NCBI GenBank assembly: GCA_011109175.1
Contig: RDEW01000052.1
Span: forward strand, 186,001-250,000
Direction: 5' to 3'
Source: Dicyema japonicum
Taxonomy: Eukaryota > Animalia > Dicyemida
Length of the DNA stretch: 64,000 nt
The notes beneath the pieces were generated by a model. It worked only from the letters and a program-made list of their open reading frames with translations. It was not told the origin of the DNA and searched no databases. The translations under genes were made by a program, and so were the position numbers. Below are positions 1-13,399 of the stretch, one piece after another (position 1 is the first letter of the stretch; every line of letters begins with the position of its first letter).

Positions 1-119
1 AATTATCTGCATATATATTTTAAACTGAATTACGTGTCAATTAGATTCTGAGTCGAACAATTAACTGAATCCTCCATTTGCTATGGAATAACACACTCAT
101 CACTTAAACTATCTAAGAT

Positions 120-975
120 ATAATATGATATATATGTAAAACCATGAAATATTGAGTTTATTCTCTTTATTCCTCGATATCTTTCGAAAGGAATTTCGTT
201 AGAAAATGAATGGGCAGAAATGTTATTACGTACACAGCATTTTCTAGCTTATCAAGCCACTTTTTTTCACTGTTATGAAGCACTTTCTCGTTATCGTTTG
301 ATTGAATCGTTCGACGATCCCTTGTGTCCGAGGATTGTTAGGCCTGCCGTGAATTCGCTTTTGAAATCAGCGCAAAGTTTTGTTATTTCTCGATTTTTTA
401 ATTCAGACCCATTATCTGACTGAAGATATTTGCATGGCCCATTCAGGTAAAACCATGATCTTAGATTTCACACACTTCTTTTCCAGACTTATTGAGTCGC
501 TTGACAAACGCGAATCTAAAAAAATTGTTTTAAAAAGCCAACCTACTATATATAAAATCAATTTGAAACTTGGATTCACTGTTGAAATTTTTTTCAGATC
601 TCTGAAAACGTTCATTTGGACAAGAAGCTAACACAAGGTGATTTATATCTCCAATCTACAATATAAAGGAATCTTACGTTTAAAGGACGCGAAAATTTTC
701 AAACTTCACAATTTCAAATGACTTTTTTGATAATCTCATTCTTGACAGTAAAGTACTTTGTCGAAATTCATACTCATTTTATTTACTTCTCAGTGTGAAA
801 TTCGTGTAATAATTTCGCCAGGAGCTCCATTTCGGATTCATTCTCCAGGGATATGACTAACTTGGGATCAGTGCATTTAAGATCTGTACATTCATTGTAC
901 ATTTACAATACCTTTCATTGATAAAAGGAAAATTTTCTAACTTCTTGACAGTGCCTCGGAAGATTTTCGGGAAAA
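120..975 (-). mobile_element. Decayed integrase-type (HHCC + rve/DDE) transposase, Ginger/Gypsy-integrase-like; copy A
   Basis: Minus-strand translation across frameshifts gives LHELSHG (zinc-binding His pair), PNERFQ.DL, QSDNG and HGRPNNPRTQGIVERFNQTITRK (~300-353). Confidence 0.8.
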
Positions 976-989
976 TTGCTATGCAGGGC

Positions 990-2000
990 ATCTTTTAAAA
1001 TTCCATACAGGTACAAACATAGAGTCTATTCAGATTTATTTCATGCAGTCTTTCACAAAACCCTTGTAAGAACCCATTACAAGAAATAATCCAAGCTAAA
1101 TATCACCTTTGGTCGGAGGTGAATAGAGTGGATGTTGATTTTGGAGCCGATACCAAGAGACGGCGCGCTATCAATCGTGGATACAATCCACTTTTTTCTG
1201 TGCGAGTAAGACTGCTTTTTTTTCAATTATGATATCGTCAGCATAAGAAAGCAGTAGGAAGTTCTTTTCAATACCTGCTGGCAGGTCGTGAAGGAAAAGA
1301 TTAAATAGAGTATCCTTAGGGCACTCCGTTTGGCAGTAAACGTGATGACTTCCCACGTCTTCCAGATAAGTTTTTGCGAATTTTTTAAATAAAGATTTTT
1401 CCAACTAAATGTTTTTTCGGTACAGAGTCAAATTCCTTGTTGATCTCAATCGAGACAATTGTTATCCGCAATCTTTTGGGGTAGTGTTCAAACCATTCAC
1501 AATGCGTTGATAAGAGAGTTGTGGTTGATCTTACAGAACGGAATCCGTGTTGGAAATTCGGTTGAGTTAGGGAAGGGGTAAATTCAAATAAGATCAACTT
1601 TTTCAACACTTTTGATATAGTTGAGGTCAATGATATTGGTCTATATGAACTGAGATCATTTTTTGCTTTTCCGGCCTTATGAGTTGGAGTGATAAGCGAG
1701 TTCTTCTATATTTGGGGGATAGTGTTCCAGTTAACAAACAGGTTAAAATTTCCGTAAGGTAGCTAATTGCGTATTTACTAAGGTGTTCTGGGTGAAGTCA
1801 AGATAGTTTGTCTGAGCCGCAGACCCGTGAGTTCTTTAATCCGGCGATGACCTCTGAGACCTGCTTGTCAGAGAATAGTTCTTGGTAAGGTACATTTTTC
1901 GGTTTGCGGACACGTACGTTGATATCCAGTTCTTTAGAGAATTTCTTGAAGGTGATCGCAGAGTACTGTTTCATTAGTAGATTAGGGTGTATATGACAAT
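990..2000 (-). mobile_element. Decayed non-LTR RT fragment (I/Jockey-like); copy A
   Basis: SSYRPISLTSTISKV, QHGFRSVRSTT, FDSV, LFNLFLHDLP and YADD motifs. Confidence 0.85.
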
Positions 2001-3689
2001 TATGTTCTGGAGAAAGGTTACAGGTTAATTGTTGTTCGTAAATTTAATTAAAAAATATGAATTTTTGAAAATTTTTTAATGGATATTTAAATATATAAAT
2101 TTTAATTATTTAATTAACGAATGGCTCTAGTGAGATTATCTCAAGAAAAATTAAATCTGTAACAATTTAAACGTAGCAGGAAACATTTAGTCAACTTGAA
2201 GTATTTCAGCTTAACTCTCTACAAATTTATTTTCGACGAGGAAAAAGCAATATTTGAAGTATTTCGGGATTGTTAGGGAACTGATAGAGCCTGTTATCTC
2301 AAATTGTGAATTTTGTTAAGTAATTTTTGGTTACTATTTTCACAGGAAAGAAATTAATGCCTTTAACACCGATCTTTGCAAGAAGACTAAGGATCGCTAT
2401 ATTGCTCAATGAACCTAAGGAGATACTCCGAAATAAATGATGGATATTCATTGTATGATTTACTGGAACATTGGATGGAGAATAAAGAATATGACTTGAC
2501 GGAATTAAAGTTTTGTTTGTTTTGTCTGTCCTCCTCTTCCCTTCCTATATACTATACTGGCGTCATAGTATTCACCTTGCGCCCAGTGCCAGGTGGCACA
2601 AAAAAAGGATCAATTGCTCTCTCCCACTCTATTGGAGGGGTTTCCACAACTGTAAGGAATGGATGTCTTTTACCTTTTATGCGGGTTCCTGATTTCTTCT
2701 GACAGATCTGCGAACTCCTGATTGTCGATTGATTGTAAGTTTTCTCCAACAAAGTTCACTGAATTTTTAACTTTTTGAGAATCAGAAATATAGATGATTC
2801 CATGTTCTGGGAAACAGCTTTTTAAAGTTTCGAGTCAATGTGCGACAGGAAAATCGTAATTTAAGTTAGTTTTGGCACTTTTAAGTTTGACTTTATTGCA
2901 ATATCTGACCTGTATGACACATTTGAATATAGTTCTGATGAATGCAATTTTAATTGACACTGACAATTTATCTTATGTTTTTCAAATTTGACTACGTGGT
3001 GTCATGTAGCGACTTGATGAAAGATTTCTCTTCCTATTGATATTACAAAAAAGAGTAATCCTACAGTTAATTGATCACAAATTTGTCTATTTTTTTATTA
3101 AACAGAAAACTCATTAAATTCACAAGTTGCTTAAAATAGTAGAATTATTAAATAATATATGAAATTCACATCAAAGAGGATTAGCATGTCAAGATTATGC
3201 TGTGAATCATCTTGATTACTTAAAAGAACAAAATCGACCACTATACTCAGAGATCTGTCCACATGGTCCATATTGCTTATTCGAACTAGAAACTTTCAGT
3301 TAAACAATATTTTAAGAATTGAATTTTTCGATCACTTAACTTTAGCCACATTAATCCTAACAACAAATCTTCAAAATTTGGCTTTTTCTAATTTGAAAAC
3401 TAACCTACGTGGTATTTAACGCAATTTCACTCCATCACATGAAAAATTCCGAAATGCAAAAAAATCGATTGCAGACGCTTAGATGGGTAGACTAGTGTAC
3501 AATTTTTTATTTTAGATTACATATAAACCCTAATAAAATTAATTTTTAACCACTAAATAAGTGTAACCAGGTCCCATTTTCACAGAAATAGAAGAACCTT
3601 CTAATATCAGAGATAAGTCCATCACAAAACCAATAGAAAAGGAATAGAACATCCTCTCTTGAGTTATGGGAACCTCTCTAATTCGTTCC

Positions 3690-4225
3690 GAGAACCGACA
3701 CACTTCCTCTATGTACGAGTCATTTTTGGAAATATCTGAGGTGTCAATATGGCTTTCGATCTTTTCATAAGTTTCTCGAATGGAGATGACCTTAGCGGTG
3801 AAGAGGAAAACGGGGAGAAATTTTGTAAACCTTAGTGGATATAAAGAGGGCATGATGTATATGAAAGTCGACGGAGGTGCCACACCGGCAATTTTTGAGT
3901 CTGGCAAATCTCAAGTCCAACTCTGGTGGGGATGCCGATGGAGAAAGTATCGTCGTCAAAGTGGGCCCCGACACTACCAACTCCTTCAGCAAAAAAGTAA
4001 TATAACTCGTTCGCATGGAGGACAATTTATCTTCGAACCAGTGAAAGTCGAAACGACAGGTATCATTAGAAGCAGGGTACTGACCCTACTAAACGATTGT
4101 TCGCTCAACGCGAAGATGAAAAATTATAAGAACGAAAGGAGCTGGCTCATTGAGCTCATTTCCTTGCAAATCGTCAGTGGAAATGCGTTTTCAACTATGA
4201 GAGCATCACCATTGATAATTGTTTT
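3690..4225 (+). mobile_element. Decayed CRE-type (RLE) non-LTR 3' fragment, internally deleted relative to copy C
   Basis: QFIFEPVKVETTG and ELISLQIVSGNAFS resemble the CRE C-terminus (F.P.AVET.G ... ISIAIQRGNA). Confidence 0.6.
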
Positions 4226-4923
4226 TTTTGCGTTTAAATAAAGACACTTTTCTTTTTTATTTGTCATCATAAAAATCGTTCTGGTTTTACTCCTAAATGG
4301 ATTCGACAATCTCTCTCAGGAAAAGAAATTTAAGAACAACGACTCGCTTTCACGTTTGTTTTCGGATGTAATCCAGCGCGAAGTTAAACGAGGACCAAGA
4401 AAAACTAATGTGAAGAAAATATGGTGACTTTCCCTATGATATGCCATCGTATGTCAAATTATCGTGTAATGACTTATTCATGAAAAAGTCGTTGTAGAAC
4501 GATCTGCTCTGTAGCCATGTTGAAAATTCAGGCAGTGGTAGAACAAGGGAGATTAACATTAATACAAGCTTCTCCATCACTTTGTTCTTGAAGTGTTAAA
4601 TAAATAAATCTCAGCTTAAACGGAACTCACGTAATTTAAGATGTAAAGAACATTTATACTGTATAATTCAAGGCATCGAAGATGTTCTTAAGTAATTTTC
4701 TTTTTGCTTGGGTATGAATATTTAGAGATTTCGTTACTGAGCGATTAGTAACTAATTATGTAGTTAATCGATTCCAAGCAGCAACGTAGATATTTTGAAT
4801 CTTCGACGAAATAAAGAAGAGCGAGATTCTAACTTGGGACCTTCTGAATTCGGTCAGGCACTCACTAACTGATTCAACAATTGAAACGTGTAATTTTTAA
4901 ATATTTTATTTAATTTTAAATTT

Positions 4924-5138
4924 TTTTTCTAGCCTTTTCACGAGAGCCATAGTATTTATAGCTCCGCATAGGCAGGAAACACACTTTATTTAAGTAAAGA
5001 ACAGTTAATTTTAACTAATCGTAGAACCAAGGAATGATCTTCACTTCTTTTTTTTTTCTTGTGTGAGTGTCCTTTCTAGACAAATCCAGTTCCGCAGTGA
5101 GTATTCACTGATGACGGCGTCACTCGTCAAACCATTTC
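4924..5138 (-). mobile_element. 5'-truncated copy of the tRNA-derived SINE
   Basis: Reverse complement of the 3' part of 30383-30725. Flanked by TTTAAATTT (4915-4923 and 5139-5147). Copies B (~22620) and C (~54445) have the empty site. Confidence 0.9.
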
Positions 5139-5194
5139 TTTAAATTTATAATGCGATAGAAATTAAATAAAATCACAATAAATATAAAAAATAA

Positions 5195-6005
5195 ATGTGT
5201 CATTTAGGTTCCTTAATTGAACTAATTTTAGTTTTTTTATTATTTTTTATCACGTTGGCCATGCAATGTGGAAAAAATAATGGAAGCTCAATCCAACTAT
5301 TAAAAATGGATTTCTTACGAGGAGCCGTTTCTCAATAATAATGTAACAGCCATCCTCAGTGGTATAATATCTATCATGTTGTTTTGGAGGTTAATTTTAT
5401 TATTTATTAGAAATCAATTTTTTACAATGACAAAAAATAGTTTTGTCGTTTATAAACAGCCAAACGATTATATAGCGACTTTTGTCAGAGGATATATACA
5501 AGCTTACGTTTATTTATGCCAGGTGGATGAATCGGTTAAAATAACACAAATTTCTGTTTCAGTTAATTATACCGGTAAATATGTGATCTATAGAGATTTG
5601 AAAAAGAATTCAACTATGAACCAGAAATTTGGCATAAAATTGGTGAATATTTCAGTTGTTACAAATCAGGCTTAAAAAAAGCAACGTGGTGTTACAAAAA
5701 GATTTAATTGGTCAGGTTAGTTGTTGAATAATGATCGAATATGAATGCAAATCGAGCAATACAAAAGAATCTATAATGTCGACCATAGGTCGTATAGTGA
5801 ATGGCAAAAATTAATTCATCGGACAGTCAAAAAAAGAGGTATACATGTCGACAATCCGTCGGATATCGAATGGAGCAAATATAAATCATACAGTTTTTCT
5901 AGTGCCAAAGACGATGATTTAGGCTGTGTAATTTCAGCAATTTTGTCATTTCGTTAATTGTATATTTTAAAGTGAAACGAATAAGAGAGAAAGATCACTA
6001 CTTAA
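5195..6005 (+). pseudogene. Frameshifted putative secreted or single-pass membrane glycoprotein; copy A
   Basis: Homologous to 22680-23542; hydrophobic N- and C-termini. Confidence 0.45.
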
Positions 6006-6129
6006 TTTCAATTCCTTTAAATTAATAATAAATTTATTAATTTTTTATGTCAAATATTAAGACAATCTGTCTTTAATGTGTGAACACAGAGGATTAACTT
6101 TATCTCACATTAAGATGACAGTGAGGATT

Positions 6130-6780
6130 TTGAAGATGATGAATTCTTCCCTTTCATATGTGCCCGATATATCCCGATATCTTACTATAAACCATGAACA
6201 TATTGCGATTGAATTCAATGCGTTATTTTTAACTATTCAATAAAAATGAAACTGTCTTATATACGGCCAAGTCTATAAGACAGAGAAGCCTAATGACAAA
6301 CCTGCTTTTTTTCGACAATCTTTTTACTATGCATTTTATCAAAATATTGGAAATTGATTTTAATCTAATAATCGTCCTTTCATTTTCATCAAAAAAATGA
6401 ATTCAAATGAGTTATTCCAAATCTACTCACGTCCTTCAACCAATTTATTCTTGAAGGTATTAACAAAATCCTCGCCACCTCAAAACAGTCGTTCTAATCA
6501 ATATACAAAAGGCGATCGACACTGTCTCAAGGAAAATCCTAACCCGGAAATTGTTGGCCTCTCTGTAACCTCATATAAAACTTTGGCTTGCTAACTTCAA
6601 TCAAGAAGACGGCCAGTATACATGTATGAGACCAAATCAGTTTCAAAATTACTACCACAATGGTGTCCCACAAGCTCCTTTGTCACCCCTTAATAAACTA
6701 TGTCTGGTATACCACAACCAGGTAAAAAGACATTTCCTCCTATAATCTTAATTATTCGAATCCTCCGATTGAGATCTTCC
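6130..6780 (+). mobile_element. Decayed non-LTR RT fragment (I/Jockey-like); copy A
   Basis: Homologous to the B copy, which reads YIRPIFKTGKPKDKPAFFRPIFLLNILSK and PNGVPQGFPLSP. Confidence 0.75.
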
Positions 6781-6817
6781 TAAGGCATCATAAAGAGTAC
6801 AATAATATTTTCACATA

Positions 6818-7066
6818 TTAGAATTTGGCTAAATTATAATCGATTGATAGATTTACTGAAAATCTCAAATTCTTAATTACCTCAGACAAACGATTTGGAC
6901 AAATGACAGCGGAATATTTATCAACTAGACAAAAATAACTTTCATGAGGAAACTGAAAATCTTGGTGATCACCTTCGACACAAATGTCTTTTTCATATAT
7001 CAACGATGCTTTTGCGTCATGGAAAATCAATTTGTCCTGGACGAACAAACAAAGTATTCGAGACAT
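6818..7066 (-). pseudogene. Hypothetical gene remnant (MSRILCLFVQ...), also at 24413-24628 and ~56230-56450
   Basis: Open in two copies; no recognisable motif. Confidence 0.2.
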
Positions 7067-7399
7067 TCAGCCCTTAACAGCCACTATTATTAGTAATTGG
7101 AAAACTAAAAAACTAATACCCTCATCACTTGAAGACCTTATCTGACAACATAGAAAAAGAATTACTACCTATGCAGACAGTGCAACTCTGAACAATACAC
7201 ATCAATGACGTGTCTTAAGAGAAAAATATGCATCACCCCTATCCAATAGATTCCATTGCTTCTGGTCATTAGATAATTCAAGTATAAATAATTATTCTGC
7301 TCATGAGAATTACGGCTTCTTTTCATCTCTGAATGGACATTCATTTATTCTAAAATTCATTACTACTATCATACTTAGGAAAATGAATGTTTGCGCATT

Positions 7400-7900
7400 C
7401 GAGCCAACTACTCTACTTAGCTCATTCTTCAAGTGTCAAACAACTGTTTATAATTTTATGTAGTCAAGGTAAAGAAATCCCTTAATGCATCCAGTAATAA
7501 ATCTCAATTGTCTGTGTCAAATCCTTCGTAGTTTGGTTTCTTGAATCATATCCACGTTGATCTCGTGACATACCACAAATGATCGAATTTTATCCAGGAA
7601 AAAAGTGGACCCTATATGGCGAATGCATGGCTCAATGTATGTTTTTATAAAGTTTTCAAAATAGAGTGATTTCCAATTTTCTATAACCCAAAGAGACATT
7701 TCAACACGTTAGTATTCTCTTAATATTTTGTTACTACTTACCAAAATGGCGCAAGAGTTAGATGTGCATGTCAAAAATTACCCCAGGGATTTTAAGATCA
7801 TTTAAACAGGATAACACTATTGCTTGTTTTTGAATCTAACTCTGTCGACAAGCGGTTCTTCAACAACCATTCGTTAAGACAGTACAGGTTTCGTTGTAAT
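7400..7900 (-). mobile_element. Decayed I-like RT C-terminal fragment; copy A (partly deleted)
   Basis: RQLRFITGCIK motif; the fuller copy at 24960-25700 has GVP and DD motifs. Confidence 0.6.
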
Positions 7901-8029
7901 CGTTGTGGAAGTCAATTGAGAAAAGTATGTTCTTCAGATGTTTATTCCTGTGTGAAAAACCAAAATGTATACGTTTATCAAGATTGATAGATGGGGTTAA
8001 GTAGACATATCCTGTTTAATATGTGCCGA

Positions 8030-8160
8030 AATAATCTCCATCCGGTCTTAGTAATAATTATATCCAAGTGATTCGATTTACAAACTGGTCTTTGTTTTTG
8101 ATAAATAGATTTCTCCAGGGTGTGTTTTTACAAAAACATCCAATTGAGGGACGTCACTAC
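8030..8160 (-). mobile_element. Old RTE-like fragment (also 26200-26530 and 58000-58330)
   Basis: Homolog in B reads IITKTRWRLFRHIL, matching the RTE RWRLFGHILR motif. Confidence 0.6.
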
Positions 8161-8639
8161 CTCGGTCAATAACTTGAAATATTAAAATATAATTTTTAAA
8201 AATTAAATTAAAATGAAACATTTAGAAAAATAATTTCTACTAAATAATTATTAAATCTAGAATAACTCAGATTATTTTTACGGATTTAAATTAAATCATT
8301 TTAATTGATTTCTGCGTTATTATAAAAATAAATCATATATATTTTCTTACGATGCTTAACAAAAATTTAATTTTTAGGTGGTAGTTCATTTTTTGGCTGA
8401 GCTGGTGACGTAACTAATAAAATATGTATGTAAAACCCAAGAAGCGACTTGCAACTAGCATTACTGTCCTTACGTTCAATGTTAGATGACTATTAAAAAG
8501 TTTGTTAAATAAAAACTCTGTGTGAAGAATTAAAGAAATATAAAGTCGAGATAAAATATTTATTGTAACACACGTGCCTGTAAATATTCTTTATAATTGT
8601 TAAACTATATAACATTAGATTTTTTGATTTTCAAAATCC

Positions 8640-8960
8640 TGTTCCGAAATGATGAATCACCGTGGACCCTTCATTCGAATTAACAGCAGAGAGACTCAAA
8701 CAAGGAACCTCATGGATTTTTGTCCGGAACTTATCAAACAGCGCTATGCTTTAGAGTTGCTGATAATAATAATAACTACACCAGAGACCACGATCACACA
8801 AACTAACTAATCACGTGATCCCAGCACGCTCTAGCAGGAAACTCATCTTGGCCCAATGCCTTCCTCGTCCCCGCACAAGCACGTAATCGGTCGAGTGACT
8901 AGACCTTCGCAGTCACGACGTCACGATCCGTGGTTCACTCATATCAAGGATTCAAGAAAC
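8640..8960 (+). repeat. Dispersed ~300-bp repeat, probably an APE-endonuclease remnant (also 28440-28765 and 59270-59595)
   Basis: Diverged inverted paralog at 13890-14105; LTNHVIPARS.RDLIL resembles APE PTR..LDL. Confidence 0.5.
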
Positions 8961-9890
8961 ATTGGTGGCTGGAGTTCTCTAGAAATCTAGCGTTCTGTGA
9001 CTTTGGAGGATCTACAAGACAATCGTCCAAGAGATGAGTAACCCCATATACCGCATTTGGCAAAAATGTTGAAAGGAAAAAAGGAGAAGGGTCACTTGCG
9101 TTATCTGATGGTATGAATGCAATTCTTGCCATATCCGAGAGCGTTGTGGCAGATGACCCAAAAGAATGGGCGAGGCAGGTAGTCCCTGCAGGTACGTAGC
9201 AGGCTATCTCGAATACCCTGAAATGGTTGGCCATACTTGGCGGAGCTCTGCAGTGGAAGATTCAGTACTGCTAATATCTGTGAGTGAACTCAAGAAAATG
9301 GCTGTAGGCAAAGAGGGTACTGGTCTAAAGGGGCAGGGACCAGGTGACCACAACTGTCAAAGAGAGCACCAGAGCTTTGATACGTTGCAACTCAAGCATG
9401 TTTATGAGGTCTTCGCGCAGAATCTCGCTGCAGCGGCACATGTCCCACTTGAGGACCGTAGATTTATCCGCAAAATCCCTCATTGTAAGGTTAACGGAGT
9501 AGTGTTAACCTGTATCAATAAGGCTGTCGCTTATCCGGTGGAGGCTAAGCCAGTAGGGTCACTGGGTGACATCTCCCTAGTGCTGTATGCAGGACAGATC
9601 ATCTATGAGGAATTGACTGACAAGCCCAGACCACTTAGTAAATGAGGGAGCAGATCTGTGCCAAGATTGCTTGGAGACAGACTGAGCTGGAAGCACTGGA
9701 GGAGCATATAAGTAGTGTGGCGAGAGGGGTTAGAGGAAAAGCACCGCCTATAGTAAAGGGGCTAATTAGTAAACTCCGTGTTCCAAAATGGGACCACAAA
9801 AAGTTGAGGAGGACAAAGGTGGTAATTGCGGTTTTGGGCCTGAAGCAAGCACTTTTAATGATTGCTTTCGAGTATCGAATTCTTAGAATT
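8960..9890 (-). mobile_element. Possible highly decayed RT fragment (also 59600-60500; absent in copy B)
   Basis: Weak motifs only (YSKA, IQH*GDV, DFADK); GC-richer than the flanks. Confidence 0.3.
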
Positions 9891-11052
9891 TAACCAAACA
9901 TTCCCATATTTTTTTGAGGTACGCACTTGCACATTTGTCACCCTTTACGACAGCATTATATATGTAAATTTAATCACTTTTCTTTTTACAAATACACTAT
10001 AAATTATTTATTTTAATTATCTTGAGCTCTTTCATGCTCTAATTGTCTGTTATTATTGGTTCTAATCAAATTATAGTGTCTCTCAAAAAAAACGTAAAAG
10101 CACGTGATCAAAAAGTATTTCAAAAGTGAAAAATATTATGTCACGGACGTACGTGGTATCGGCCCACACATGGTTAATGATCTTAATCAGTTAAAAAAAT
10201 AATTATATGTTTTTGTTCGTTATTAGATTAGGATTACAAATATATATTTTTTATTTTAAAATAATCACTTTTTTATTTTTAAAAAAAATAAAATTGAAAA
10301 ATGTGTACAGTATTAAAATACTTAGTTTTTCATTTATAAATTGTTTCTTAATAATAATTAATTTAAATTATTTAAAATTATTCCCCCATAAATGGGACAA
10401 GACAGAGCTAAGATTGTGAAGATTACTTTGTTTAGTCAAGATGGCTTTTATTTAAATAAGTAATCAAATTGAGATTTTTTTCAAAAAGTTTACGAATCCA
10501 TCGATTTAAAGTTTGGTTAAATAATTCCATTTGACCCAGGAACTTTGATCTCGGACGACTAATTTCAGTAGAACATTAAACTCTTTTATAGGGAATTTAT
10601 ACAATCATTTTTAAATTCTGGAAACGATTATAGTTGCCTTTATGGACAAGAGTTTGTTACAAACGTGTCTCGATAATTTGTTCAGAAGTCGTGGTTAAGC
10701 AAATTGTAAGTGCTTTTAAGAAATAACTAACTTTCCAAAAAATTTATAAGTAGTAGAAGCTCGTCAGTAACTCAATTCCCATCTACCTATTTAATCGGTT
10801 CCAACTTAAAAAGGAGACGGTAACTCCATGACCGAAATTCCATACTAAGAAACGATTACTCACTGGCAAAAAGATTCGGCATGGATTTCAGATTTTTGAC
10901 AATATCCTTTGATCACTACTCGGATAATTCTTCTAATTTGAGCCTTCAAAAGCAACCAATTAGTCTTAGTTTAACTCTGATTTAAAGAATAATTTTATCA
11001 ATTTAATTTATTAACTGATTTTTGTTTATTAGTAAAATTATTAATTAACGGA

Positions 11053-12745
11053 TCACTCGATATGAATTGATTTTATTGCCGATTTATATAATTCTATATT
11101 GCACAAAATAACAACATTGTAATTCCTTCGAATAATCTCCGCATATAAATGGATCTTTTTCATATTAGATTGTAAGCACACATTCTCAATTTTCATAATA
11201 ATGTTATTAGAAATAAACATTTCCATAATTTCTGGTTCTATTATAAAATATGATATAACGATATCTGTTTGTAATTTCAGCGCATTCCCACATAACCCAT
11301 AGCCAAATTCGTTCATCTGTGTTCACGTTTAATAAATTTATCTTTGAAGTAATAGTTCTTAATATAGAAATTAGGAAATAACCTAATATCGTAATCAGGT
11401 TCGTCACGCCAAGTAAGATTTTTTATAAAAAGAGCAAATTTATTGAGAATCGGTTCACATGAATTCAAATCGCTAAAATCAGAATTCATAAAAATAGGTA
11501 AAAAATCATTTGGATCACTTAATATCTGGCAGATACAACTCAATATGGAATAGACTACGTCACTAGAACAGTTAGCGTGATCAATGTCCCTTTTCGATAA
11601 AACAACAAATTTACAATATAAAATTTATTAGACCATCAGTTCTTAGTAAATATCTGGAATTTGGGCATTTAGCAATATAATGGATAATTTTAATGACGGG
11701 AACTAATATATAATCGCAATCAGGAGGGGATACAGAATATCTTTCGAAAAAATAATAAATATAATAAATTCCACTATAATCTAAAAACAAATTCATATTT
11801 TTTCATTTTCGTCTAACAAATATATTTCAAATACCTAGAAGAACGCTCAACAAATCAAATTTGATAGCATCACTGAAGTCCTCTGTTTTAAAATGTTCAA
11901 CACATAACTAAAATTATTTTGTTATATGAACTTTGACAAGTCCTTCAGAATAAGCAACATAGGCTAGATGATCCATACTCATATTTTTTACGATTGATTT
12001 AAGATCAGTCGGAATACATTGATAATAGTGATGAGGTTTCATTAACATAATTGTAAGGGCAGGTAGCTAAAATAAGAATTAACAAACAAAAATTGATTTC
12101 TCCCACGGTTTAAAATCATTCAAAAGATAAATAAACGGCTAAAAATCAAATAACAGGTAATAATACATATACTTTATATATATTCGAAAAAATCTCAAGA
12201 AAAATATCAAAAATAAAACTATTTATGAAATATACACATACCAAATATTAGCATAAGAAATCGGTGGCTGTTTGACTATTCTCATTAAAATTTCCCTGAT
12301 GTAAAAATTTTAAAATACATTAATAGATTTTGAAAATCATAATCATAATCTACATACAGATGCACAAACTAAATATATATTTCTAAAATACTTTCAAAAA
12401 TGGTTTTAATAAATGATTCTTTTCTGTTGAAACAATCCTTCTTAGAGTAATATTTGATAAATTTGGATAAACTTGAATCATCTTAACAACGTCCTTAACT
12501 TCAACATCTTCACGAGTCAATTCAATGTAAAAAACGTCTTTCTGAACTACATCCGGAATCCTATATAAATTCGAATGTTGAAGAAATAAATCTTTCTCAT
12601 GTCGTGAAATCAAATATTTCAGTTCACTAAGTATTCTTTTAGAAAACATTTTTTTAGACTTGTTGTTTAATTTTGTATATTTTTGTTCATTAAAGTTTGC
12701 TCGAATATTATTAATGCATAACGCGTATAATGAAGGTGTTTCCAT
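11053..12745 (-). pseudogene. BC-box/LRR-like gene, copy A, with ~663-bp internal deletion and frameshifts
   Basis: METPSLYALCINNI start; ORF pieces at 12383-12745, 11611-11796, 11313-11543 and 11053-11316 match the U1-U3 genes. Confidence 0.7.
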
Positions 12746-13399
12746 TTAATAAGTTGAATATATTGTATGACCTATAAATTTTATTTATTTTTTTATTTGA
12801 ATTACCTAATTTTTAATAATATTTTTTTATGAAAAAAATAATTATTTGTACTCAGCAATGTTCTATTATTTATATATAATTGCGAAATCACCGTGAAGAT
12901 GACAGGAATGTTCCAATACCTTCTATGACTGATAAGCCAACCTTTCGATTTTAGATGGTGAAGTACTATTATCGCATAGTGGTACTCTCACTGACATGAA
13001 TGACCCTTCGAAACATACGAGAATTACATTCAGTGTGTCAGACCAACTAATTTCTCAGACTTCACGCAGAAATAATGGATATTACGCACGTCAAGAAGGG
13101 TGAGAATGCTAAAAACAGTGCAGGATCATTCTTCATTTTTAGTGCGATATAAGGGAGCCAAGAAAAATCTTGAACAATAATGTTAATTTTCATGTGAGGA
13201 AAGCAGATATCATTGATAGTCGTTTTTCGACATAGCACGTTATGATTATTTTACAAAAAATATTTTCCAATGTCAGAATTGGCAAATTTAGAAACATTAC
13301 TTTATATGGATGACTCGTTTACGTATTTTATATAAAATAAAATATACCATCTACATAAATCATTTGGTAAAATTTACCTTAATAGACTATCTGAAGTCT

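Noticed and set aside
220-631. Plus-strand ORFs 220-423 and 380-631
   Set aside because: Antisense to the integrase core.
3539-3907. 122-aa minus-strand ORF (and 51229-51743) as a novel or viral gene
   Set aside because: Largely antisense to a plus-strand CRE remnant with recognisable motifs.
8640-8960. Gypsy integrase C-terminus or LTR
   Set aside because: GRVTRP looked suggestive, but there are no TG..CA termini or PBS, and the inverted paralog continues into APE-like motifs.
9166-9893. 159-aa and 83-aa plus-strand ORFs
   Set aside because: Not kept open in copy C, no motifs, and probably a shadow of GC-richer TE-derived sequence.
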